Positions 1-8,797 of a stretch of 64,000 nt of DNA are shown piece after piece. A model generated the notes under the pieces. The model was given only the letters and a program-made list of their open reading frames with translations. It searched no databases and had not been told where the DNA came from. Numbering within the stretch: the first letter of the stretch is position 1; each line of letters starts with the position of its first letter. Source of the stretch: a virus; the IMG/VR virus record IMGVR_UViG_3300012964_000010, positions 1 to 64,000 of that record; one strand, written 5' to 3'. Position numbers and translations under genes: made by a program.

Positions 1-122
1 ATAACGATATTGTGGGGTGGGTAATTGTTGTTTGTATGTTGGAAATCTCGGAAAATTGGTCCGAATCCGACAGCAAGTTGATTTAGACGATCAAACATAT
101 GATCAAAGTCGCTCTTAGGCAT
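1..122 (-). CDS. Small heat-shock protein (Hsp20/IbpA family), 5' part, runs off window edge
   Basis: Not in the ORF track; hand translation MPKSDFDHMFDRLNQLAVGFGPIFRDFQHTNNNYPPHNIV has the IbpA-like GF...NYPPxNI signature; AGGAG SD upstream. Confidence 0.85.
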   Translation of the reverse strand, partial: MPKSDFDHMFDRLNQLAVGFGPIFRDFQHTNNNYPPHNIV

Positions 123-212
123 AATTTACTCCTTTATTAAGCAAGTTTTGTGCTATTAACACAGTTTTGCGGATATTACCGCGGCGTAAGACCCCACCAT
201 GGGCATCTTACA
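123..212 (-). ncRNA. ROSE-like RNA thermometer in the Hsp20 5' UTR
   Basis: Four successive hairpins; the last (128-146) is ACUUGCUU-AAUA-AAGGAGU, pairing the ROSE U(U/C)GCU motif with the SD and leaving the G bulged. Confidence 0.75.
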
Positions 213-216
213 AAAT

Positions 217-225
217 TATTTATCA
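217..225 (-). promoter_or_regulatory. T4-like late promoter (TGATAAATA)
   Basis: Same motif recurs upstream of many structural genes in the window. Confidence 0.7.
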
Positions 226-250
226 TCGAACCAAACGACTTTAGAAGAAT

Positions 251-511
251 TTAATAATTTCGGTCTTTGTGCCAATGACCAGAAGTAATCATTTCTTCTA
301 CTTTTCTTTCCCAGCGCTTACGAGCCTGTTTCTTTAGTCGTTGACGAGCAACAGCCGGCTTCTCGTAGGCCATCTTTTCTTTAACTACCTGCAAGGTTCC
401 GAGATCCTGCACTTTTTTAGAAAATGTTCTAAGAGCTCTGCCAAAATCATCTCCGCGAACTTCCACTGTCATGCCCCTGGTTCTTCTTGAATCCCTATAT
501 CTATTACTCAT
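251..511 (-). CDS. rpsU: Phage-encoded 30S ribosomal protein bS21
   Basis: VEVRGDDFGRALRTFSKKV...YEKPAVARQRLKKQARKR matches the S21 family pattern. Confidence 0.9.
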   Translation of the reverse strand: MSNRYRDSRRTRGMTVEVRGDDFGRALRTFSKKVQDLGTLQVVKEKMAYEKPAVARQRLKKQARKRWERKVEEMITSGHWHKDRNY

Positions 512-1721
512 TATTTGCTCGTTTCTTTATCTTATAAATGTTTTTTGTATTACCATCACCATCGATTACAATTTTAGTTACACCAGCCTTAGCTAAAGAT
601 GGTAACACAAATTGTGTAGCCTGAAGATCCTTCTCCATGATCGTTCTTAAACCTCTTGCACCGACCTTCTGTTCCAGACATTTAGCCGATGTGTTTAATA
701 GGTATTTATCATCAAACTCGAGAGTTATGCCCTCGTATTTGAACAAAGCCTTAAATTGACTTACTAGGCTATTCTTCGGTTCTTTAAGAATTCTAACCAT
801 TATATCCGGTGTTAGATCATCAAATACAACAGTAACAGGACAACGACCCACAAACTCCGGAATAAGACCATATTTAATGAAATCTTCTGGTGTAACTGAT
901 TTAACTGTATCTGAGAACGATGATTTAACGCTTAATGTTGCACCTATACCCATGCTTGTCTTGGTGCGATTTTTTCTAATAATCTCATCTAATCCTACAA
1001 ATGCACCGCTAACAATAAACAATACATCCTTTGTATCAAAATCAATTGATTCTCCAAACTCATCAGATATTTTAACAACAGTACCTTCAATCATTTTTAA
1101 GAGGGCCTGCTGTACACCTTCGCCGGAAACATCTCTTATTACTGTAGATGTCTCACTCTTTCGACTCTTCTTATCAATTTCGTCGATAAAGATAATACCA
1201 TGCTGTGCAAGCTCGATATCGTCATCGGCATTTGAAATAAGACGTGCAATAAGATTTTCAGCATCTTCTCCGACATACCCTGCTTCGGTTAAAGTAGTAG
1301 CATCTGCAATAACATAAGGAAGATTAAATAACTTAGCAATAGTCTTAACTGTCAATGTCTTTCCAGAACCCGATGGCCCAACCATTAACACATTGGATTT
1401 CTCAATTTCAACATCTTTCGTCTTGTTATAAATGCGTTTGTAATGATTATAGATTGCAACCGAAAGTGCAATTTTAGCAGAATCCTGTCCGATAATATAA
1501 TCATCAAGGTGTGCCTTAATTTGTTCAGGAGTAAGAATCTTTTCTTTTTTCTTCTTTACATCTTTCTCTGGTTCTTCCTTGTGAAGAATCTCATAACTGA
1601 AGTCTACGCATTCATTGCAGATATATAGTGGTTTTCCATCTTGTATCGGTCCTTCGATCATATGTTCGACCTGGTTTCGATCTTTATTACAGAATGAACA
1701 CTTGATGTTTTTGTCTTCCAT
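504..1721 (-). CDS. clpX: ClpX AAA+ unfoldase
   Basis: C4 zinc-binding domain (CSFC..CNEC), GPSGSGKT, GYVG pore loop, FIDEIDK, RDVSGEGVQQALLK, GARGLR. Confidence 0.95.
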   Translation of the reverse strand: MEDKNIKCSFCNKDRNQVEHMIEGPIQDGKPLYICNECVDFSYEILHKEEPEKDVKKKKEKILTPEQIKAHLDDYIIGQDSAKIALSVAIYNHYKRIYNKTKDVEIEKSNVLMVGPSGSGKTLTVKTIAKLFNLPYVIADATTLTEAGYVGEDAENLIARLISNADDDIELAQHGIIFIDEIDKKSRKSETSTVIRDVSGEGVQQALLKMIEGTVVKISDEFGESIDFDTKDVLFIVSGAFVGLDEIIRKNRTKTSMGIGATLSVKSSFSDTVKSVTPEDFIKYGLIPEFVGRCPVTVVFDDLTPDIMVRILKEPKNSLVSQFKALFKYEGITLEFDDKYLLNTSAKCLEQKVGARGLRTIMEKDLQATQFVLPSLAKAGVTKIVIDGDGNTKNIYKIKKRANNE

Positions 1722-1722
1722 A

Positions 1723-3309
1723 TTATTTCCCATTAAATTCTCTGAGCCAACTTAAGGACTTGGGATATTTACCGGCTATAATGGATTTATTGCCATCCAT
1801 TATGATATGATCATTCTTTATGATATGATCATTCTTTTCATATAACGGTGGTACCTCTTCGGCAATCTTGTGACCCATGCTTTGGGGAATATGCAAGAAA
1901 TCGTTCTGCGAAGTGTTGTCCATTGTTTCTTTCTGCTTCTTTTCTTCATGTAGCTTCTGTGGTATAAAATGAGGGCTGCTGGCAGTTATTAATGTTTCGA
2001 CCTTTAATTCAGGCACCATTTTCTGAGAGTTATTACCAACTGAGACGGAATTTTCATGAATGTGTTCCACTCTCGTCGGGGATGGCGAACGCACGACAGG
2101 GAGCAGCGGATCGTTAGGCACAGGCCGAAATTTTTCTAATATCAAATTCTCTTTTTCACTCAATGTATCTCGGTCTACTGACAATACCTTAGTTGATACC
2201 GTTTCCATTTCGGATGTGGAGTCAATAACCCTTTCTTGGTTCCCTGTAGTTTGCGGAATGATGGCCTGAGGCCCATCCATCGCGTAGTGGTCTTCCGGTA
2301 CCAAATTGTTTTCTTCTTCATTTAGTTTATCCACCTTGCCCAGAGGTGTCGGAGATATCGCATCATATACCTCGGCATTTTGGTTGTCGGCAATGATCCG
2401 AGTATTACTGATGTCAGGTTCGGAGTCGAAAATAGTGTTGCCCGTTGGATTCTTTTTATTCGATGTTTCAGGCGTTTCCGATTCATAGGCTTCAGTTGTG
2501 GATACTCCAGATTCCCCCAGCGTGGTCTTCTGAATCTTCCCTTGTCTTTTCTTTTTCTCATTTTGTATTCGTATTATAGTTTGATTAGCCGCAATTAACA
2601 TTAGAATAGCAAGTGGATCAAGAGTAGACACAATTAATGAAGTGAAAAGTTTAACTGCTGATTCAATCTTCTTATCTTCATCGGTATTACTACTATAGAA
2701 TAATTCAGCAATGTATCGAATTGGACCAACTTCTAACTTTACCGCCCTAACTTCAGATGTTAACTTTAATTTTTCATCACTATAGGTATCAATTTTCTTC
2801 TGAGAATAGTCAATGTCTTCTCTTAATTGCTTACGCTGAGGGGCTTGTGTTCGACGTACAGCAAGTGCTCTATCGGCTCTGTCTTTTCCGATAAAAGAGT
2901 TAATAGCAGAATCAAGTTGAGCTATTACTTTTTCGTTGTCAGCGATAACTGATTTTTCTCTTGCAATTTGTTGATCAAGTCTTTCTATCTTTGCTGAATT
3001 GTCAACAGTAGCTGCACCTTGTTCCAGGTGCGCCTTTGTTAGAAATCCAAAAACTCCAATACTTGTCGAAATCATGAGCAAGATGGTAAAGAATATAAGT
3101 GGTATTTTTAATTTCCAGTCTGAAAATTTCCATTCTCGGTAAATCCAACTTGTATTTACAAGTTTAGCGAATGCTAAAACTATACCCATTACCAGCCCGG
3201 CGTGCATTGGTGCACCAGCATAAATGGACATAATTCCTACAACAGCAAACCAATCTGCAACCCCGGCCAGGGACAATGCAGAAATTAGAGTTAATAATGC
3301 AAATATCAT
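1723..3309 (-). CDS. Membrane protein with N-terminal TM helices, coiled coil and long disordered tail
   Basis: Hydrophobic N-terminus, GFLTKAH and EVGPIRYIAE motifs seen in T4-like phage membrane proteins. Confidence 0.7.
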   Translation of the reverse strand: MIFALLTLISALSLAGVADWFAVVGIMSIYAGAPMHAGLVMGIVLAFAKLVNTSWIYREWKFSDWKLKIPLIFFTILLMISTSIGVFGFLTKAHLEQGAATVDNSAKIERLDQQIAREKSVIADNEKVIAQLDSAINSFIGKDRADRALAVRRTQAPQRKQLREDIDYSQKKIDTYSDEKLKLTSEVRAVKLEVGPIRYIAELFYSSNTDEDKKIESAVKLFTSLIVSTLDPLAILMLIAANQTIIRIQNEKKKRQGKIQKTTLGESGVSTTEAYESETPETSNKKNPTGNTIFDSEPDISNTRIIADNQNAEVYDAISPTPLGKVDKLNEEENNLVPEDHYAMDGPQAIIPQTTGNQERVIDSTSEMETVSTKVLSVDRDTLSEKENLILEKFRPVPNDPLLPVVRSPSPTRVEHIHENSVSVGNNSQKMVPELKVETLITASSPHFIPQKLHEEKKQKETMDNTSQNDFLHIPQSMGHKIAEEVPPLYEKNDHIIKNDHIIMDGNKSIIAGKYPKSLSWLREFNGK

Positions 3310-3371
3310 TTATTATTTATTATTGGATTCTACCACACCTATTGCACGATAATGGTAGATAGTGTAAGGCA

Positions 3372-3638
3372 TTATATAAGGCCTTTTAGTTTTAACACAA
3401 GTGCATCAGGACCAGCAAGTTCGTAAATGTTTACATCACACCCAATAACCAATGCGGTTCTTCCCGCAGGAAGCATCTTTTTTACAGAATCCATTGCACC
3501 CTTCATATAAGTTTCACTTAGCATTCTTGTTTCGCGCGGAAGTTGAAACACTAAGACACTGTCGTTTGCTTCACATTTAACTTCGTGAAGCCATCCTACA
3601 AGCCCTTGTGTGGGAGATTCGATTCTGATTACTGGCAT
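3372..3638 (-). CDS. Hypothetical protein
   Basis: 88 aa ORF with GAGGA SD. Confidence 0.7.
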   Translation of the reverse strand: MPVIRIESPTQGLVGWLHEVKCEANDSVLVFQLPRETRMLSETYMKGAMDSVKKMLPAGRTALVIGCDVNIYELAGPDALVLKLKGLI

Positions 3639-3660
3639 GACATCCTCATTGAAATCAACA

Positions 3661-3825
3661 TTAAACTATCTCTTCGACAATACCGAGAACCTCTGCGATA
3701 ATGAAAAGAATACCTGCCGTGATTAACATACTGCTGCATAAAGCTCCACCTGCAGCAATTCTTAATGCACTCTTTGCAAAACTAATATTTCTGTGCCAGA
3801 TTGGGTCTGGTATTTTAATGCCCAT
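3661..3825 (-). CDS. Small membrane protein
   Basis: Hydrophobic ORF, probable start MGIKIPD after GGAG. Confidence 0.65.
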   Translation of the reverse strand: MGIKIPDPIWHRNISFAKSALRIAAGGALCSSMLITAGILFIIAEVLGIVEEIV

Positions 3826-4063
3826 ATTTAACTCCAAAATGATCGAAGATTTCAGCATCGACTAATTTATTTTCTATCTGTGCAGTTCTACCAATGAGCA
3901 TGCATTCCTTAATAATCGACTCAGCAAAGCCTTCGATAAAGATACTTGGAATTTCTACTCTGCCTGAACCAGTTTTGGATTGTGCTATTATTGATGGCTC
4001 TATCGGTTCAAAATGACATTGTAATAATGCCTGTTCGGCAAGTTCTTTAATTCGTTCATTCAT
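3815..4063 (-). CDS. Hypothetical protein (MNERIKELAEQ family)
   Basis: MNERIKELAEQA...FAESIIKEC...HFGV. Confidence 0.75.
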   Translation of the reverse strand: MNERIKELAEQALLQCHFEPIEPSIIAQSKTGSGRVEIPSIFIEGFAESIIKECMLIGRTAQIENKLVDAEIFDHFGVKYGH

Positions 4064-4302
4064 TATTTAACTCCAAAACGCGATTTAATCAATTCGCTGA
4101 ATGTAAGTTGAGCATTAACCCAGGCCTTGCCCTCGATATCATTCTCTGCCTTTACCTTATTTACAGATAAGTCTTCCTCTATAATATCTACACATTCCCG
4201 AATAATCAACTCAGCAAATCTTTCTTTGTTGAAAAACATACTATGTGACATATCACTGTACTCATAACATTGTTCAATGAGTTCTTCAATTCGACTGTTC
4301 AT
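4063..4302 (-). CDS. Hypothetical protein, paralog of the adjacent gene
   Basis: MNSRIEELIEQC...FAELIIREC...RFGVK. Confidence 0.75.
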   Translation of the reverse strand: MNSRIEELIEQCYEYSDMSHSMFFNKERFAELIIRECVDIIEEDLSVNKVKAENDIEGKAWVNAQLTFSELIKSRFGVK

Positions 4303-4303
4303 A

Positions 4304-4810
4304 TTACTCCGAAAATAAATCTTCGTTCCACTCTCTATGGCCTTCACGGAAAGCCATATTACTTTGTGTCTCCCGTACTTCTACGCGATAGCACCAAAGC
4401 CGTTCAGCTTCGCCTTGGCCGAGAAAATCCGGGATATAAACACCATTCATATATTTGTATAACATATCAGCAATCATTTCACAACCCATCCCCGGTAGAA
4501 TGGTTAACTTCAATATACCATCTTTCTCAAGTTGCTTGTATTTTTCTAAATCTGGGTCATCTGCGGCTATAATCGTTTTATGGTCGAATTGATCTTTAAG
4601 AACCTGTTTTAGTTCCTTTAGTCCGCCATAATCACAAACCCACCCTCTTTTATCAAGCTCGTTGGCACCAAAATAAAACTTAATGGAGAAAGAATAACCA
4701 TGGTTGAGGTTGCAATGAGTATCAGCCTTCCATTGCTTATATGCACACGGAAACTCATCTACATATTCTTTTGTTGATGTAAATCTATATGCTACTGGTT
4801 GGTATGTCAT
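4304..4810 (-). CDS. queD: 6-pyruvoyl-tetrahydropterin synthase / QueD-like protein
   Basis: HCNLNHGYS, WVCDYG, FDH, EVRET motifs of the T-fold QueD/PTPS family. Confidence 0.88.
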   Translation of the reverse strand: MTYQPVAYRFTSTKEYVDEFPCAYKQWKADTHCNLNHGYSFSIKFYFGANELDKRGWVCDYGGLKELKQVLKDQFDHKTIIAADDPDLEKYKQLEKDGILKLTILPGMGCEMIADMLYKYMNGVYIPDFLGQGEAERLWCYRVEVRETQSNMAFREGHREWNEDLFSE

Positions 4811-4812
4811 TC

Positions 4813-5664
4813 TTAATCCTTAATATAAAACCAATTATTTTCTTTTCTAATTTTACACTCTATGGCATAGCGTGTCAACTCTGTGGCTTTCATACATTCA
4901 GCCACACTTTCAAAAACCCCGTGAGGGGTAACTAACTTCTTCCCTGTAGTGGGCGGGAGGCCCACTACAAATCCCCCGGGAATCGGATCATCTTTATGAA
5001 TATACCTCTTCTCCAAAGTTATCGGGTTGTAGATCCCAATTCTCCCTTTGGTGGTACCTTCATAATGGACCCCGGGGACAAAGCCATCTGGAACTGGATC
5101 GCCGTGTTTAACATAAATCTTCTTCTCACCATTATGATATACTTTTGTTAATCCTTTCCTTGGACCATAAGAGAACTTTCCCTTTATCCCGCCATCTAAC
5201 CACCCAGTGGGTGTAATATCGGCAGGTGCTATCTTCTTAATTTCACCAGTCAACGGATTATGAATAACCCGTGTTTCTTTCTGTTTGTTATAAAAAGGTT
5301 CGTATCCGGTCGGGCACTCAGTTCTGTAGACAATATCACCCGATATAATATTCTGGAAAGGATGTGTACCTTTATGTGTTTCTCCACCATCGCCGGCTTC
5401 GGGTATTAAATTTGCCCATTCGGTCGATTCAACAATGTTATACAGATTGCTGTAATACAGACCATACTTTACCAGGTCATCCTTATCATACAACCCCAAT
5501 ACCGTTGTTTTTATGGTGTATTCTGGATGAGCATTCAATATACGCCTCCATAATTTACCCGATCCTTTATATTTTATATGGTCCAAAGGATCACTGTATT
5601 GTTTTCGTTTACACAGGTATCTTAAACCTGTTTGTTCAATCTCTTTTATCATAAGATAATACAT
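4813..5664 (-). mobile_element. Free-standing Seg-like (GIY-YIG-type) homing endonuclease
   Basis: N-terminal YLMIK..TGLRY..YKGSG pattern followed by three HN/YN..P.G(W/F)..G repeats and a C-terminal HTH-like segment. Confidence 0.7.
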
Positions 5665-5714
5665 TTAAAATCTCCATAGTCTAACTTTATTTATCAAACT
5701 ATGGTGGATTTAAA
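5664..5714 (-). promoter_or_regulatory. RBS-sequestering hairpin with late promoter (5688-5696) in its loop
   Basis: Arms TTTAAATCCACCATAGT / ACTATGGAGATTTTAAA flank TGATAAATA; the 3' arm contains the GGAGA SD. Confidence 0.8.
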
Positions 5715-5724
5715 ATATTAATCC

Positions 5725-6237
5725 TTATTGTGTTCTATTATCCCACCATTGTTCCCAGGGGAAAATAATCCATTGTGGTTCTTCATTCTTATTGATATCT
5801 GTCCCAGAATAATCTACTGAAGATTTGCTAACTACGTTATTAACAAGCACCGCAGTTCGAACATTATTTCCCCAAACATCGTCCCAGTGCGGGCACTTCG
5901 GCAAACAATTGGCGCGCCAATCTTCTTTAATCCAAGATAGTGTTTCTCCAGAATCGTTAATATCATCAACAATAAGTATTTTCTTTAGATCAGCTGTAAC
6001 ACCAAGGGCTTCCTCTGGCATCCAAAGATTACTTTCTGTATCTGGATTGTCTCTTAGGCTAACCTTGAGTGTATGCATAGGTATATCGAGATAATGGCTT
6101 AAAAATATCGCAGGTATTAATCCGCCACGTGCTAATCCTACAATATAATTTGGTTTCCAATTATCGAAAGCCATTTCTCTTATGATATTATGCAACCACG
6201 TATTAATAGTTGCCTGGTTATAAAATGTCTGCTTCAT
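5725..6237 (-). CDS. Type I phosphoribosyltransferase (xanthine/guanine PRT-like)
   Basis: IVGLARGG, ILIVDDINDSGETL PRPP-binding loop, WIIFPWE. Confidence 0.88.
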   Translation of the reverse strand: MKQTFYNQATINTWLHNIIREMAFDNWKPNYIVGLARGGLIPAIFLSHYLDIPMHTLKVSLRDNPDTESNLWMPEEALGVTADLKKILIVDDINDSGETLSWIKEDWRANCLPKCPHWDDVWGNNVRTAVLVNNVVSKSSVDYSGTDINKNEEPQWIIFPWEQWWDNRTQ

Positions 6238-6238
6238 A

Positions 6239-6586
6239 TTATTCAAGTTCAATCTTTGCTGGTATAAATTTTGCATTTGGAAAAGATCTGGTGATACGAT
6301 CAAGTAACTCCTGTGGGAATATCAATGAATTGTTATATTCTTTCACTATCTTTAGAATGCTTCTTTTTTCCAATTCAATATAGAAATCATCTATACCCCA
6401 TCCATTGTCTTTCAGCATTTTAATCTTTTCCAGTTCGAAGTTCATTTCGTTGTAGAAATCAGACCTCTCATATATTCTGGATCCGAGTGTGAAGAGTGGT
6501 GGAGGAAGGTTGGCATTACTTAATAATACCAGCATATCCTCCAGAGGAATCCTTCGTAATTTATTGAAGGTTTGTTCTTCGTCCAT
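6239..6586 (-). CDS. Hypothetical protein
   Basis: 115 aa ORF in operon. Confidence 0.7.
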   Translation of the reverse strand: MDEEQTFNKLRRIPLEDMLVLLSNANLPPPLFTLGSRIYERSDFYNEMNFELEKIKMLKDNGWGIDDFYIELEKRSILKIVKEYNNSLIFPQELLDRITRSFPNAKFIPAKIELE

Positions 6587-6588
6587 TT

Positions 6589-7305
6589 TTAGTGAGCTAA
6601 TCTAAAAAATTCTGCCCGGACGCTCGGATCTGACTTGAATACACCACCGAGCTTACTTGTTATAGTGTTCGAACCAGTATCTTCTACACCCCTGCTTTTC
6701 ACGCAATAGTGTTGAGCTGCGATAATAACACCGATATTATCTGTCTCCAGAATGTACTGCAATGCATGATAAACTTGCTCAGTAAGTCTTTCCTGAATCT
6801 GCGGACGTTTACTAAAGTATTCGACGATACGATTAATCTTGCTCAATCCAAGCACTTTCTGTTTTGGAATATAGGCAACTGTTGCAAGACCATCGATGAC
6901 AACAAAGTGATGTTCGCAATTTGATTGTACGCTGACATTTCTTTCAACTACCATCTCGTCATATTGCATTTTATTCTCAACTGTTGTGCATTTCGGAAAC
7001 GCCTCGTAATCGAGACCCCAGAATATTTCGTTAACATACATCTTGGCAACACGCTTTGGTGTTTCTGTAAGACTATCGTCGGACAGATCTAGACCCATAA
7101 TCAACATAATGTCCCTAAATTTCTTTTCGATAAGTTCGATTCGAATTTTTCTATCGAAATCAGATGAGACCATATGCTTCCATTGTGGGCCTTCCTGAAT
7201 GTTTATGGAATTAATTGCCATCGGGGTTTCTACACCGCAGGTGACCAAATGTTCGTGTACTTGTTGACCCAGAATGGGGTCGCATTTTGTTTTATTGTAT
7301 GACAT
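6589..7305 (-). CDS. folE: GTP cyclohydrolase I
   Basis: ETPKRVAKM, SNCEHH, GLSKINR, RPQIQERLT, HYCVKSRG. Confidence 0.96.
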   Translation of the reverse strand: MSYNKTKCDPILGQQVHEHLVTCGVETPMAINSINIQEGPQWKHMVSSDFDRKIRIELIEKKFRDIMLIMGLDLSDDSLTETPKRVAKMYVNEIFWGLDYEAFPKCTTVENKMQYDEMVVERNVSVQSNCEHHFVVIDGLATVAYIPKQKVLGLSKINRIVEYFSKRPQIQERLTEQVYHALQYILETDNIGVIIAAQHYCVKSRGVEDTGSNTITSKLGGVFKSDPSVRAEFFRLAH

Positions 7306-7392
7306 GATAACCTTCCTTTGTGATGGTTTTGTTTTGATATTTTGCTACCGTTGTGTAGCAAACATATTTAGCATCACCATATTTTTTCACCA

Positions 7393-7758
7393 TTAATACT
7401 GGTAAATTCCGTAACGACCCTTCATTGAATTAAAATCTGCCAATATATTTTGGTTTGGCAATAAAGTGCTTACAGTCCTTATAACTGTGTTAAGATCTGT
7501 CTGAAGTGTAGTCATTGTAGCCAATTTAGATTCCAGTGTAGAAATTCTTGTCTTTAAATCCTGGATATCAGTATGCATATGATGATTCGAATAATATAAA
7601 TCCTCCAGTATGCCATGGTTGGCAGATTCGCCTCTCAGTTTATCAACTACAACATCGGCTCCAAGTCTTTGTTGAAATTCTTCAAGTGTAATTGAAGAAA
7701 ATACCTTATCAAGGAACTTTAATTTTTCAATATCAGCGTTAGTTAGAATTTTTATCAT
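7393..7758 (-). CDS. Hypothetical coiled-coil protein
   Basis: 121 aa ORF with heptad pattern. Confidence 0.65.
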   Translation of the reverse strand: MIKILTNADIEKLKFLDKVFSSITLEEFQQRLGADVVVDKLRGESANHGILEDLYYSNHHMHTDIQDLKTRISTLESKLATMTTLQTDLNTVIRTVSTLLPNQNILADFNSMKGRYGIYQY

Positions 7759-8441
7759 GCTATGTTCACGTATTCTGCTGCCATTGGAAAGATTGCAGAA
7801 ATAGCTTTAGCACAAGCCAATGCAACCAACTGATGTTCTTTTTGTGTGCCATTTGCAGAACGTAATTCCAGGTAGTGAACCCAAGACCTCAGAGTGCCAT
7901 TCATATATAGGCGACTTACTGTGTTACCCTCTGGTAATACCGCACGGGCCTGCTCTTTAGCGATACCATGCTCAATTGCCCAAGCATAAGCCTCTTTTGC
8001 GGCATTGATTACTCTATTCTGCATCTGTTCCCACTGATATGTGAGCCTACGATGATCATCAGAATTCATATCTAATTCCACACTGTTTTGCCGATTTTTT
8101 GTATCTTGAAGTCTTGCTTCTCTAACCACAAAATCCAGATCCTTTGTTGGATCAGCATAGCGTTGACTGAATTCCTGAAAAGAAAAAGATCGATGGCGTA
8201 GGATCTGCCTTGCAATGTCACGGGTAGTTGTGATTTCGACACATGCAGACACCATTTCGAGTGGACTCCAATGTGCATGCTTGACAAGATACCGAATTAG
8301 CTTCTCAGAAGTTTCGGTATTGAGTTGATTTGATGGATTTGAAACCCTTGCACAAAATGCAATAAGTTCTTGCACGTCATCAATACCGTGCTGTTTAAAT
8401 TCTTCAGTTGGTTGGGAGTATGAAACTAATCTAACGTCCAT
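7755..8441 (-). CDS. thyX: Flavin-dependent thymidylate synthase
   Basis: HWSPLE, RHRSFSFQEFSQRY, EQARAVLP, TQKEH. Confidence 0.96.
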   Translation of the reverse strand: MDVRLVSYSQPTEEFKQHGIDDVQELIAFCARVSNPSNQLNTETSEKLIRYLVKHAHWSPLEMVSACVEITTTRDIARQILRHRSFSFQEFSQRYADPTKDLDFVVREARLQDTKNRQNSVELDMNSDDHRRLTYQWEQMQNRVINAAKEAYAWAIEHGIAKEQARAVLPEGNTVSRLYMNGTLRSWVHYLELRSANGTQKEHQLVALACAKAISAIFPMAAEYVNIA

Positions 8442-8490
8442 TGTATACCTTTCAAATAATTTGCAAGTATACACGAAACGTTAACGAAAG

Positions 8491-8751
8491 TCAAAACCCT
8501 TCAATAAGTTTTCTAATTAAGTATGTGTCTTCGGCTATATCTTCGATTTTATCCCTGTGAAGATAATTGTCACCATTGAATATCTTTCCATCGTTGGACC
8601 AGCCGTATATCTTATACATAGTATAGTAGGGTTTTAGCCAAACTCTTGTATTATCTGAACAGGTCGTTGGAAATAGAGCAAATTTCTTCTTATACTCTAT
8701 CTTAGATGCGATATTACTTTCAGTCTTCCAATTGTGTGCTTCTTGAGTCAT
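8491..8751 (-). CDS. Hypothetical protein
   Basis: 86 aa ORF. Confidence 0.6.
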   Translation of the reverse strand: MTQEAHNWKTESNIASKIEYKKKFALFPTTCSDNTRVWLKPYYTMYKIYGWSNDGKIFNGDNYLHRDKIEDIAEDTYLIRKLIEGF

Positions 8752-8753
8752 AT

Positions 8754-8771
8754 AAAAGGGGCCGAAGCCCC
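8754..8771 (-). terminator. Rho-independent terminator
   Basis: GGGGC-TTCG-GCCCC-TTTT on the minus strand. Confidence 0.85.
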
Positions 8772-8797
8772 ATCCTTATTCTAAGTGCAATTATCAC

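Noticed and set aside
1801-1836. 18-bp tandem duplication (KNDHII twice)
   Set aside because: In-frame slippage in a disordered tail with no evident function
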